DNA of 30,341 bases from Candidatus Thorarchaeota archaeon SMTZ1-45 (GTDB lineage Archaea; Asgardarchaeota; Thorarchaeia; Thorarchaeales; Thorarchaeaceae). The notes beneath the pieces were generated by a model, which worked only from the letters and a program-made list of their open reading frames with translations, ran no database searches and was not told the DNA's origin. The DNA lies in the NCBI GenBank assembly GCA_001563335.1, contig LRSL01000010.1:1-30341 (forward strand), read 5' to 3'. Positions 17,870 through 27,266 of this stretch are shown one piece after another (position 1 is the first letter of the stretch; every line of letters begins with the position of its first letter). The position numbers and the translations under genes are program-made.

Positions 17870-18400
17870 ATGGATAGTGAAGTGGTTAGAATGAGAGACA
17901 TTCAAGATATTCAGCTTGCTGCAAAGAGTGTCCGAGTATGGCGTGACATGGAAATCAAGCTCCTCTCAGAGGCAGGTTGCAACGACCTTTCGTATCGTCC
18001 GCGAAATGGAATGTCTGCCCTAGGTTGGGTTCTTGCACACCAAGCTGCAATCTATGACTTCTCAGTGAACATGTTGATTGAACAAGGTCCACCAATGAAT
18101 CCTGGATTATTCAAACTCTACCAACCTGGAACATCCGGAGATTGGGCGAGAACACCACTCTCTGAGATTCAAGCGTATTATGATGCAGCAGAGACCAATC
18201 TATTCGAGTGGGTACAACGAGCAACGCCTGAAGATTTTGATAGAGTAATTAAGAAAGGTACTGCCCCGTCCTTCTTTGTAGGCATGTCATGTAGAGAAGT
18301 ACTCACGAATGCTTTCACACATCTAAATTACCACACTGGACATCTGACAGCAATTCGGAAAGACTGGAAGAAGACCAGATCAGACGAACTAAAAGTATGA
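17870..18400 (+). CDS. DinB/YfiT-like four-helix-bundle protein
   Basis: GWVLAH and HLNYHTGH metal-binding His pattern. Confidence 0.85.
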   Translation: MDSEVVRMRDIQDIQLAAKSVRVWRDMEIKLLSEAGCNDLSYRPRNGMSALGWVLAHQAAIYDFSVNMLIEQGPPMNPGLFKLYQPGTSGDWARTPLSEIQAYYDAAETNLFEWVQRATPEDFDRVIKKGTAPSFFVGMSCREVLTNAFTHLNYHTGHLTAIRKDWKKTRSDELKV

Positions 18401-18401
18401 A

Positions 18402-19166
18402 TTAACCCAAGGCAACAGGGTTTGCTATATCCCAGAAGTGAACAAAGAGATCATGACACCAATGAAGACCTATACTATCCTCAATTCTGAAACCCAAATA
18501 ATCAAGTCGACCGTCAAGATCTGGTAGAGCAAGTATCGCCTCAGACTCAGAAAGAATCACAACATGAGATACTTTTTCAAGATGCCTAGGTTCCATAAGA
18601 TTTCCTCGATATTTGCTAAAATCAGGAAGCATCTCTTCAGGTAATTTTGGTACTTCAATGTCTGCTGGTAGGACTACCTTAAATTCAACGCCTCTTTCAA
18701 GGCTTTGCTCAAGTAGTGGGAATGTGCTTGATAGTGCTTGATCAGACAGTATCCAAACATACTCGATTGCCCTTGAAATCAGACTATCTACATGCTGAAA
18801 TAGTACAATTGCATTATCAGTTAATTCAGCGTTTACTAAATCTCCTATTCGAGAGATAAATTCCCTTGGTAGGTTTGACATTGTATGGGTCATGAAATAT
18901 TCCTGGTTTTTGATGAGGAATGAAAGTGGTGGTAGAATCTCCTGCAGTTGAGAACCATATGCTGTGATGAAATACGCCCCATCAGACCCTTTCTGAATCA
19001 AATCAGCTTTTGTCATTCGTGATAGATGTCTGGATGTTTCTTGAACTGTCAAGTCAAGAGTAGAAGCGAGTGCAGTCAATTTTGCTGGGCTTTCTCTCAG
19101 CACATTTAAAATTCGGAGTCTGTCCTCGTTTGAAAGCTCAAACAGGAGTTTTGAGAGCTCTTCCAT
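18402..19166 (-). CDS. Archaeal ArsR-like wHTH regulator with C-terminal DUF1724/FilR1-like domain
   Basis: N-terminal ELSNEDRLRIL...QETSRHLSRM...YFITAYG, then YFMTH...LP.EF..RIGDL and the terminal WC.DLF..FW. Confidence 0.88.
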   Translation of the reverse strand: MEELSKLLFELSNEDRLRILNVLRESPAKLTALASTLDLTVQETSRHLSRMTKADLIQKGSDGAYFITAYGSQLQEILPPLSFLIKNQEYFMTHTMSNLPREFISRIGDLVNAELTDNAIVLFQHVDSLISRAIEYVWILSDQALSSTFPLLEQSLERGVEFKVVLPADIEVPKLPEEMLPDFSKYRGNLMEPRHLEKVSHVVILSESEAILALPDLDGRLDYLGFRIEDSIGLHWCHDLFVHFWDIANPVALG

Positions 19167-19268
19167 ATTGTTTCAAATGTCATATCGTGTTAATAATTCA
19201 TACTAGAACTTGAGATATGAATGGTAAGACTTATAAACTAACTATTGTTAATCATTTTTGGGAGTTTT

Positions 19269-20072
19269 ATGTCAACTAATTACAAATCATTCCAAATCAT
19301 AAACATCTTTGCAGTTGCTTTAACAATTGCAATGAATATACTTGCGAATATCTTGCCATTCAATGGCGTTAATACTGGTGAAGTGGCAGATTACTTTCTG
19401 AACTATTTCACACCACAAGGCTATGTGTTTGCAATCTGGTTCATAATTTACATTCTTCTTCTGGTCTTCGTCTTCTACCAAGCAAAGGCTGATCAGGTGA
19501 GCGAAGAATATCTTGCGAAGATTGGTTACTTATACCTGATCGGTGCAATTCTAAATGTTGCTTGGTTGCTGGTTTTCCATTACTCTTATGGAAACGATCC
19601 ATTGCTAATCTGGACTGAACCTCTGATTGGTGGCCTACTGATTGTACTTCTAATTACCTACGTCAAGCTTGAGATTGGAGTCAAGGAAGTGCCCCTGAAA
19701 CAGAAGCTTGCAGTTCATCTTCCTGTTAGTGTGTATGTCGGCTGGATATCTTTAGCGACCATAGCAAACACTGCATCTGTGCTTAACTCAGCATTTGTGA
19801 TTCCATTAGATGTGCAATACCTCTGGACAGCTTTGGTATTAGTAGTGGCACTACTAATCACATCTCTCATGCTTATGTTGAGACGCGACATCGCTTATGC
19901 GCTTGTAGTTGTGTGGGCAGCTCCAGGAATTGCTCTAAAGTGGTCTTTGATACCAATAATCTTCTGGTCTGCAACACTTGTGACAATCATTGTGATTCTT
20001 CTCATCATCTTGATTCCAGTAATCAGACGGAAGAATCCAGTGGACTATTATCTAGTCAGAAATCTTGAATAA
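19269..20072 (+). CDS. TspO/MBR-like tryptophan-rich membrane protein
   Basis: FTPxGYVFAIW, LNVAWL and SVYVGWISLATIAN motifs. ATG 19269 follows a GGGAG RBS; the track start is 19245. Confidence 0.85.
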   Translation: MSTNYKSFQIINIFAVALTIAMNILANILPFNGVNTGEVADYFLNYFTPQGYVFAIWFIIYILLLVFVFYQAKADQVSEEYLAKIGYLYLIGAILNVAWLLVFHYSYGNDPLLIWTEPLIGGLLIVLLITYVKLEIGVKEVPLKQKLAVHLPVSVYVGWISLATIANTASVLNSAFVIPLDVQYLWTALVLVVALLITSLMLMLRRDIAYALVVVWAAPGIALKWSLIPIIFWSATLVTIIVILLIILIPVIRRKNPVDYYLVRNLE

Positions 20073-20080
20073 ACTATGCT

Positions 20081-20110
20081 GGTGAGAGGACCTCCTCTCA
20101 CCTTCTTTGT
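20081..20110. terminator. Hairpin between convergent genes
   Basis: GGTGAGAGG-acct-CCTCTCACC (20081-20102) followed by TTCTTTGT. Confidence 0.7.
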
Positions 20111-20111
20111 T

Positions 20112-23100
20112 CTATCCTTCTTCTTCTACTGTTTCAGGAGCCCTGATTATATCAGTCGCAAACGGGGACTCATCTGTCGTGATGAGTAATTGATTCTCCA
20201 AAGCCCTCATGATTGCTTGATAGACCCGCCCCTCTTCGAGACCACAAGCTGAAATCTCTGAAGCGAGTTCTTCGAGTTTGAATTCTTCTCCTTGCTTACG
20301 AGCTATCCGTTCATCAGCGCAGGTGGATGTTGGGAATTTCTTTGATTCGTCTAACTTGTAGGTCCTTAAGAGAGCTCCATCTAGGATCTCGTCGAATAGT
20401 GAATTAAACCGCTTAGTTGTATGATGATTAAGGACAACGACCGGTACATCTTCCATCGTTTCATCAAAGATGAATCCAACAGTCTTGGCAAACTTAATCA
20501 TTTTCTCTCGTTGCTCAGGTGAAGGATTGCCAGTTGTGATGAATGCGCAAATTAGCTTGTTCGTGGACACCACCCTGACGATGTCCGAGATTGGAATCAA
20601 CCCCCATTCTTCGGATGTTGTTTCAATATCAAACTCGCCCCGAAAACTAGTGATTGCGGTGATGAATGCAGAAATCACAGCTTCCTCGAGACCCTCTCTT
20701 AGAATCTTAGAATAGACTGGTAATCCACTGTCTTTATGAAGCACAATAACTCCGAGAAGACTTTTGACATCATCAAAACGTTTCTTAATTGCGAGGGTGA
20801 TTTTGTTCTGTTTGATTCGTCTTTTTCTTGCTGTTCTTCTATAAGCAAGACCAACTACTACCATGCCAAGTCCTATGAATACCCAGTAGTAGTTACGCAC
20901 AGTCATGACAATCATTGTGCCAACATCTCTTCCTGGCTGCAGCAGCATTACAAGTGGTTCATTTAATATGAAATTGGTTGCATCAAAGGAGATCACAACA
21001 TAGTATGTACCGTCTGCTGAGGGCATGTCAAGTGCTGCTATGTACACTCCAGGCGTGGCTGACTCTGGCATCACTATGTCTTGCTCATAGATTCGCACTC
21101 CATCAGTTCTACGGATGTTATAGGCCACAGTGGCTCCAGTTACTGGAGCCCCTGTGTCAGCCTCTGTAATTCTTACCATGAGTGTCGTAATGAGTCCCTC
21201 TGACCCCCTAAGACCTTGAAGGACCTCAATAGTTACTGGGACCTCAGCAACACTGAACCTAAGCCTGAATGTTGCAGTTTCAAATCCTGTCTTCTCAAAG
21301 GTTAGGAGTACACTATAGTCTCCAAGAGCTTGTGGGGTCATGTTAACAGAATATTCTCCAGAGCCAAGTTCAGTGAATGTCACCCAATCAGCCCCCTCAC
21401 CTAAGGGTACCACTGTTGCTTCATAGATATTGCTACTATTTGACTCGAACATGTAACTGAAATTGAACAAGTATGACCTACCAATAAGTAGGTCATCAAA
21501 GGGACTCGAACCTGATATGGCTGTGTCAATTTCCTGCACCTGAAACAAGAACTGTTTGGTTGAAGTATAGTGATCAGTCTTGTTTGCTGTGATTGTTAGC
21601 GACCAGGTACCTAATGCCTGTCCTCTAATTGTGATCAAGTAATAGCCAGTATATGACTCGACAGCTATAACTAGTCCTGGATCTTGTGTAAGTACTGATA
21701 CATTAGCTCCAACTATATTGACAGAGGGGGTCACATCAGCTCGATAATAATAAACTATGAGAGTGTATGGTTCCTCGAACTCAACAAGTGCTGAGGAAAC
21801 ATCCCCTTCAAACACAATTCTTGTTTCTATCTGGGTCACTATCAATGTGAAGGCTGCACTTGAACTCTGATAGTTGTCTGCGGAACTCCGAAAGAGAACA
21901 TTGAAAGTGCCTATTGCCAGTGGGGTCAATGTGAAATTATACAATCCGGTCCCAGGTCCCACTAAAACAACTTCCGAAATGATTAACCCACTTGGAGGAT
22001 TGGTCACCGTGAAGTTGGCATTTTCAATTGGATTAAGACTGTCATCCTGTAAATGTAGCTGAACAGTGAAGTTTTGGTCCAATGCAATACTTGCACTTGA
22101 TGGTAATGATGTAAGAATTGTTGGTATGCCAGTCGCAGTTAGAGTGAACGTTGCATATTTCGTCTTGTGGTTTAAGATGCTGGCACTGATTACAATCGAG
22201 AATGCCCCTGCTGCTATGGGTGTAAGTGTAATCTGATAGTATCCATCAACAATATGAGAAAAGCCACCGTGGGTCAGTCCAGTAGCTGGAGTTATCGTCA
22301 CGACTTGTAGATCGGCACCCACAAGACCTGTTCCGGTGCTGTTTCTATATTCAACGACCAGAATATAGCTGCTACCAAACAAAACGACATCTACAGTGCC
22401 ATTAAGAAGCTGGAGTTCGCTTTCTGTTTCGCCAATAATCAGAGTAAAGGCATCAGAAGTATTGTAATGATACTCCTTGGAAAGTGTTATCGTTATCCCA
22501 TAGATTGCTGATATATTGCACTTGATATCTACAGAGTACAAACCGGTGTCATTATCAATGAAATTGGTCCACAAAAGACCTTCTTGAGGTCCTGTGAATA
22601 TGATTGTGGGAAAGGCCCCAGCTACCCCGCTCCCATTAAGGAGTTGGTAACTCATCTGTACTGAGAAGATCTCATTGAGACCAATTTCAATTGGAATCAA
22701 TCCCGCATTTAATATCTCTAGAGTGGTTTGTATAGCTGTCACTGATAGTGTGAATCTCATAATCGAACTCTGATAATTGACAGCTGAAGCTCTGAAGAGC
22801 AGATTGTAGACAGAAATGTCTGATGATCTTAGAGTAATGTTGTACAATCCACTTCCAATTGGTGTTGCTCCTGAAATGAAGATTCCACTTGGTGGGTCTA
22901 GCACAGATATAGTAGCGGAATTAATTTGATTCAGACTCTCATCTTGGAACAATAGCTGAAGTGTGAACGTCTGATTAACTGCGACTGTGGCACTCGGTGG
23001 AATAGCTGTCAAAATAGTTGGGATTACAACACCAGTCAGAGTAAAGGTCGCATATTGAGTCTCATGATTGAAGAGACTTGCGCGGATTACTATAGAGTAT

Positions 23101-25664
23101 GTACCAGTGGTAGTTGGGGTAAAAGTAATCTCGTAATAGCCTTCAGTTATTAGAATGAAACTGCCATTATCTAGTCCAGTTTGAGGGGTTATGGATACAA
23201 TTTCTAGATTTGCTCCAGAAAGACCTTGTCCGGTGCTATTTCTATATTCAACCACCAATCGATAGCTGTTTCCATATTGAATAACATCTGCAGTACCATT
23301 CAGAAGTTCAAGCTCGGTTCCAGTTTCACTAATTATGAGTGTAAAGGAGTCGGAAGAGTTGTAATGATATGGCTTTGATAGGGTTATTGTGACCTCGTAG
23401 GATGTGGCTATGTCACAAATGATATCCACTGAATAATGTCCATTATTATTGTCAACGAAATTAGTCCACGAAAGACCTCCACCCGGTCCTGTAAATGTAA
23501 CTATTGGCTGAGCCCCTGGAATTCCTGTCCCATTAAGGAACTCATAGTCAATTTGTGCTGTGAATACTTCATTTAGTCCATTCTCAATTGGGATTGACCC
23601 TGCATTTAGGATTTCTATTGAAGTTTCATACATTGAAATAACTGTGAACTGAGTTGAAACTGCGTCGAAAAATGGTCTCGTGGCAGTGACTATGACATTA
23701 AATTGTCCTCCTCCAAGTAACGATGTATCAAAGTCCGCCTCCCACCAATTTTTTGCATAGTTTTGTGTGAATGAGATAATTGTGCTTGACCAATTTGCTT
23801 CGATTTTGACACTATCATCCAAAAGATACTCGTTTGTATCAGCATCCCTGTACGTGATGAGATTTGAGATAGTCAGACCATAGTCCGTTTCGATAAGTGG
23901 GTAAGTTGCAACGATTGATGCTGAGTGGTAGAGATCGAAAGTGACTGATTCAAAGGCTATTTCCGTTCCATTAGTCCAGAGAACATCAATCGACCATTCC
24001 CCTGCAGTAGTGTTTGAGCTTCCAAAAGTCCATGAGGAGCTTGTAGCAGCACCTCCTACCAAAATAATCGAATCAATAATCCAAATGGCTTCATCTGGCA
24101 ATATCCATGTAATGTTAACAGGGTCACCTCCAGCTGGTGTTACACTTGCAGTCCCTATCTCTACCTGAACTCGTGTATCATTCCCAGGCCTGAATAGTGA
24201 ATTCTCTGACCAACCACCAATGCTCTGGTCGAACACTTGGACGGAGATGTTTTTTGCATAATTCCAGCTATTGAGATTAATCTCCCACCAACCACTTCGA
24301 CTCAATTCACTTGTTGGTATATGTAGTACGCCTGAAGTTATGACACAAGAATCTGTGATATTATTCATTAGTGGGTCCCAGACAGTTGTATTCTCCCAAT
24401 CCTTAGGATAGAAGATATCAATTGTTGAATCTGAATAACCACTTGGCTGTGTGATATACGTATAGAAGGTAAGATCTGAATTCTGACCTGATGTAATTGA
24501 ATATGCTACTCCCTTCTTACTGAGATCTGTTGTCCATGATGAATTGATATAACGCTGAAACAATGTAGTGACCGAGTAGGTAAATGTTACAGTTGCATTC
24601 GCTGTGATTTGATACTCCAGTGGAGATGCCGTCCAAAAGTCTGGATTGGAGATTGTAGCAGTTCCTGTTCCAATTCCCGAAACTGGAGCTGAAAAAGAGC
24701 CTGCATGAAAAGTTAAATCGACATCATCAAATCCCAGGGACGTGAGGCTCTTAAGTTCAATATTATCAATATAGATGGTCACATTTTCCGCATTTTCATG
24801 ACCATCTGGCTCCCCAAGTGGATCATCATCATAGTCGGTGTTTACGTATATCCACATATCCGCCCAACCAATCCAAAGACCAACATATATTGAGAAAGTA
24901 CTCAACCCTGGATCAACTGTAAAATCATGGCTAACCGAATACCATGTTTCTCTGGAGTTAAGTTCCTGCAGAGGATAGTACCATGCTTCACTAGCTAGCT
25001 GCCAATAGACACCAAAATCGCCTTGAAACGTGTTATCTCCCTCTGGGTCAAGTGGACCAGTTACATAGCGAAAATCGAACTCCATTCTGAAGCTCACTGA
25101 TTCAGGCGTGTTTGTAATTACTTGTTCCCATGCTGCTTCGGAGTCTTCACTATGAAGATAAGAACCTCCCAGTCCAGGATTGTAATTGCCAATGTTCTGG
25201 CATACAATGTATTCACCTGTAGAATTATAGGAGTTAATCTGTGTATTAGAACCACCATCATTGCTGAAAGGAATCCATGGGTCTGAACCATCATCAAATG
25301 TTCCATTTACAGAATACAATCGCTCGAGGTTTGCAATTTCAATTTCTGTACTGTTCACAAACCAGCCATTTGCTCCATCAATTGTGATATTTCCAGTAGT
25401 GTTAGTTCCAGTGTCGGATAATCCTTTGCTTATTTCTGTTGTCTGATATGCTGACTGCAACATCGATACAGGTTCAATAACCCCTTGTTGTTGAATCTGC
25501 GAAATTATGAATCCTCCGACATTCACCTCGTTAATGTTTTGAATTATTGTTGCTTCTCTATTATTATAATCCTCATGATGGCTTCTAGGAGTTGAAAAAG
25601 GTATTACTGTCAAAATAAGTGAAAAACCAATCAGGCATATAATCACATAGCGTTTAACATTCAT
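20112..25664 (-). CDS. Giant single-pass surface protein: Ig-like repeats, TM helix, cytoplasmic longin-like plus winged-helix-like domain
   Basis: About 1850 aa: N-terminal hydrophobic signal, ~100-aa Thr/Ser-rich beta repeats, TM YWVFIGLGMVVVGLAY plus basic stop-transfer, ~240-aa cytoplasmic domain. GAGGTGA RBS favours ATG 25664 over GTG 25673. Confidence 0.92.
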   Translation of the reverse strand: MNVKRYVIICLIGFSLILTVIPFSTPRSHHEDYNNREATIIQNINEVNVGGFIISQIQQQGVIEPVSMLQSAYQTTEISKGLSDTGTNTTGNITIDGANGWFVNSTEIEIANLERLYSVNGTFDDGSDPWIPFSNDGGSNTQINSYNSTGEYIVCQNIGNYNPGLGGSYLHSEDSEAAWEQVITNTPESVSFRMEFDFRYVTGPLDPEGDNTFQGDFGVYWQLASEAWYYPLQELNSRETWYSVSHDFTVDPGLSTFSIYVGLWIGWADMWIYVNTDYDDDPLGEPDGHENAENVTIYIDNIELKSLTSLGFDDVDLTFHAGSFSAPVSGIGTGTATISNPDFWTASPLEYQITANATVTFTYSVTTLFQRYINSSWTTDLSKKGVAYSITSGQNSDLTFYTYITQPSGYSDSTIDIFYPKDWENTTVWDPLMNNITDSCVITSGVLHIPTSELSRSGWWEINLNSWNYAKNISVQVFDQSIGGWSENSLFRPGNDTRVQVEIGTASVTPAGGDPVNITWILPDEAIWIIDSIILVGGAATSSSWTFGSSNTTAGEWSIDVLWTNGTEIAFESVTFDLYHSASIVATYPLIETDYGLTISNLITYRDADTNEYLLDDSVKIEANWSSTIISFTQNYAKNWWEADFDTSLLGGGQFNVIVTATRPFFDAVSTQFTVISMYETSIEILNAGSIPIENGLNEVFTAQIDYEFLNGTGIPGAQPIVTFTGPGGGLSWTNFVDNNNGHYSVDIICDIATSYEVTITLSKPYHYNSSDSFTLIISETGTELELLNGTADVIQYGNSYRLVVEYRNSTGQGLSGANLEIVSITPQTGLDNGSFILITEGYYEITFTPTTTGTYSIVIRASLFNHETQYATFTLTGVVIPTILTAIPPSATVAVNQTFTLQLLFQDESLNQINSATISVLDPPSGIFISGATPIGSGLYNITLRSSDISVYNLLFRASAVNYQSSIMRFTLSVTAIQTTLEILNAGLIPIEIGLNEIFSVQMSYQLLNGSGVAGAFPTIIFTGPQEGLLWTNFIDNDTGLYSVDIKCNISAIYGITITLSKEYHYNTSDAFTLIIGETESELQLLNGTVDVVLFGSSYILVVEYRNSTGTGLVGADLQVVTITPATGLTHGGFSHIVDGYYQITLTPIAAGAFSIVISASILNHKTKYATFTLTATGIPTILTSLPSSASIALDQNFTVQLHLQDDSLNPIENANFTVTNPPSGLIISEVVLVGPGTGLYNFTLTPLAIGTFNVLFRSSADNYQSSSAAFTLIVTQIETRIVFEGDVSSALVEFEEPYTLIVYYYRADVTPSVNIVGANVSVLTQDPGLVIAVESYTGYYLITIRGQALGTWSLTITANKTDHYTSTKQFLFQVQEIDTAISGSSPFDDLLIGRSYLFNFSYMFESNSSNIYEATVVPLGEGADWVTFTELGSGEYSVNMTPQALGDYSVLLTFEKTGFETATFRLRFSVAEVPVTIEVLQGLRGSEGLITTLMVRITEADTGAPVTGATVAYNIRRTDGVRIYEQDIVMPESATPGVYIAALDMPSADGTYYVVISFDATNFILNEPLVMLLQPGRDVGTMIVMTVRNYYWVFIGLGMVVVGLAYRRTARKRRIKQNKITLAIKKRFDDVKSLLGVIVLHKDSGLPVYSKILREGLEEAVISAFITAITSFRGEFDIETTSEEWGLIPISDIVRVVSTNKLICAFITTGNPSPEQREKMIKFAKTVGFIFDETMEDVPVVVLNHHTTKRFNSLFDEILDGALLRTYKLDESKKFPTSTCADERIARKQGEEFKLEELASEISACGLEEGRVYQAIMRALENQLLITTDESPFATDIIRAPETVEEEG
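21825..23624 (-). repeat. Tandem ~900-bp (~300-aa) intragenic duplication
   Basis: EILNAGSIPIENGLNEVF vs EILNAGLIPIEIGLNEIF are offset by 897 nt; the NYQSS copies are offset by 903 nt; VVEYRNSTG and YATFTLT recur. Confidence 0.9.
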
Positions 25665-25865
25665 CTCGGTCACCTCAAGTCTTAGGATTAGAGTTCAACG
25701 AGCCCCTTGGCTTATAGCTCCAATTTTGAATGCTGGGATTCCACTCAGTTCAGAAACCTTTTTTCTTGAGGTTATTATTATTCCTCGTTTTACCTGCTTT
25801 CGATTAATCGAATAGATTGAATAATTACACGCTAATACTTATTCCAAAGAATGGATCAAAATCAA

Positions 25866-26459
25866 TCATTTACCAAATCTGGGGATAAGCATTGGAACAT
25901 TCTCTCTATACTTCAGATACTCCTCTCCGAACTCTCTGATTAGTTCTTGTTCCTCTTTCCAACACAAGATGTAGTTGATTCCACACACTAAAGGTGTTAC
26001 TAGCAATGAGAAATATCCTGAAAACAGAAAAGAAGCACCTATGTGAGAGAATATCGCTCCCAAGTACTGTGGATGTCTTACTTTTGAGTAGACACCTGTT
26101 GAAATCACTCTATCCGCACGATGGGTTTCTGCAGCTTTAAGTCCCATTTCAGTGACCCCCTTTATTCCAAGCCAAGCTCCAGGCAGAAGAAATACAGTGG
26201 CAAACAAGAGATGCGAGAGTGGCAAACTTAAGAAGCTGACTCCTAGTATCTGGATCGAGAACTTCTCTTGGGGTGAAACCCAGAGTCCAATCAGGAAGAG
26301 AAAGAATCCCCATCCTGAGACCATCCCAAGAACAGCTCCAATCTTAAATCCCTTCTCCATGCCATATTTTCCATCCAACTTAGAATGTTCGACTGACAGA
26401 AAATGGACTGGTACGACAAGGATTAATCCTACCATTGAGAGAAGAAACCAGAAGCTCAT
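25866..26459 (-). CDS. Isoprenylcysteine carboxyl methyltransferase / PEMT-family membrane methyltransferase
   Basis: TGVYSKVRHPQYLG and EEQELIREFGEEYLKYRENVP motifs. Confidence 0.9.
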   Translation of the reverse strand: MSFWFLLSMVGLILVVPVHFLSVEHSKLDGKYGMEKGFKIGAVLGMVSGWGFFLFLIGLWVSPQEKFSIQILGVSFLSLPLSHLLFATVFLLPGAWLGIKGVTEMGLKAAETHRADRVISTGVYSKVRHPQYLGAIFSHIGASFLFSGYFSLLVTPLVCGINYILCWKEEQELIREFGEEYLKYRENVPMLIPRFGK

Positions 26460-26561
26460 CAGTTATGCCAATTCTTTCTATTTTATCAATCTAAGTTCAT
26501 TGGGAAAGAGTCATAAATAAGATGCCTTCTTTCTCTTGGCACACTCGCTAGGGGTGATGAA

Positions 26562-26918
26562 ATGTCAAACAATGAAATGTTAGAAGAACTTAGGGAAATA
26601 CGGAAACTGCTTACACCAGCTCCAGCGCCTCCAAAACCTAAAGGACTCATAAACGAGTTTGTTGCTTTTATTTCAAACTACAAGGTACTTGGACTCGCTG
26701 TGGCGTTCATCTTGGGTATCTATATCGGTGTGGTTGTACAAGCGCTTGTGACTAGTTTCATCATGCCGCTCATACAGATTGTACTCCCTGGTATTGGTGG
26801 GGATGTTGTTTATACACTTGCTGCTGGACCAATTATCAACAGCCTAATCACATTCATAATCGTGGCATTTGTGGTCTTCATAATCGTGAAGATTGCAACT
26901 CGAATTGGAATTGATTAA
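26562..26918 (+). CDS. mscL: Large-conductance mechanosensitive channel family protein
   Basis: EFVAFI...VLGLAVAFILG...VVQALV...IMPLI (S1/TM1) and GPIINSLITFIIVAFVVF (TM2); GGGGTGA RBS. Confidence 0.88.
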   Translation: MSNNEMLEELREIRKLLTPAPAPPKPKGLINEFVAFISNYKVLGLAVAFILGIYIGVVVQALVTSFIMPLIQIVLPGIGGDVVYTLAAGPIINSLITFIIVAFVVFIIVKIATRIGID

Positions 26919-26933
26919 AATACAGACTAGACT

Positions 26934-26973
26934 ATAGGTACTGGGGAGTTTTTTTCTCCCCACATATGCCTAT
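26934..26973. terminator. Hairpin between convergent genes
   Basis: TGGGGAG-T7-CTCCCCA (26942-26962) with outer ATAGGTA/TGCCTAT pairing. Confidence 0.6.
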
Positions 26974-26992
26974 GATTTTCGAATTGCAGGAT

Positions 26993-27205
26993 CTACCTGA
27001 CTGCTCCAACGATAAGAAGAATCACGCCCAACCCTAAGAGAATGAGCATAAGTTCTGAAAAATCATAGCCTGCAATCGATAGTGTATAGATATTGAGCAT
27101 GTAGAAGTAATCTACAAAAGTCCCAAGTCCAATCATTGGCATGAATAATGGTAGTATGCCAATTATGATTAGAATGAGTCCGAATAAAGCTAATCCCTTT
27201 CCCAT
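26993..27205 (-). CDS. Small two-TM membrane protein
   Basis: Hydrophobic 70-aa ORF; ATG 27205 follows a GGAG RBS (track start is 27214). Confidence 0.75.
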   Translation of the reverse strand: MGKGLALFGLILIIIGILPLFMPMIGLGTFVDYFYMLNIYTLSIAGYDFSELMLILLGLGVILLIVGAVR

Positions 27206-27266
27206 TTGATACAACTCCAGATGGTTAGATATATTGCATCATAATCTCCCTATTTATGCGTGTCTG

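Noticed and set aside
25866-26459. ICMT-like methyltransferase next to the longin-tail gene as evidence of CAAX-GTPase processing
   Set aside because: This family is widespread in prokaryotes with other substrates; there is no GTPase or prenyltransferase in the window and a ~200-bp gap separates the genes.
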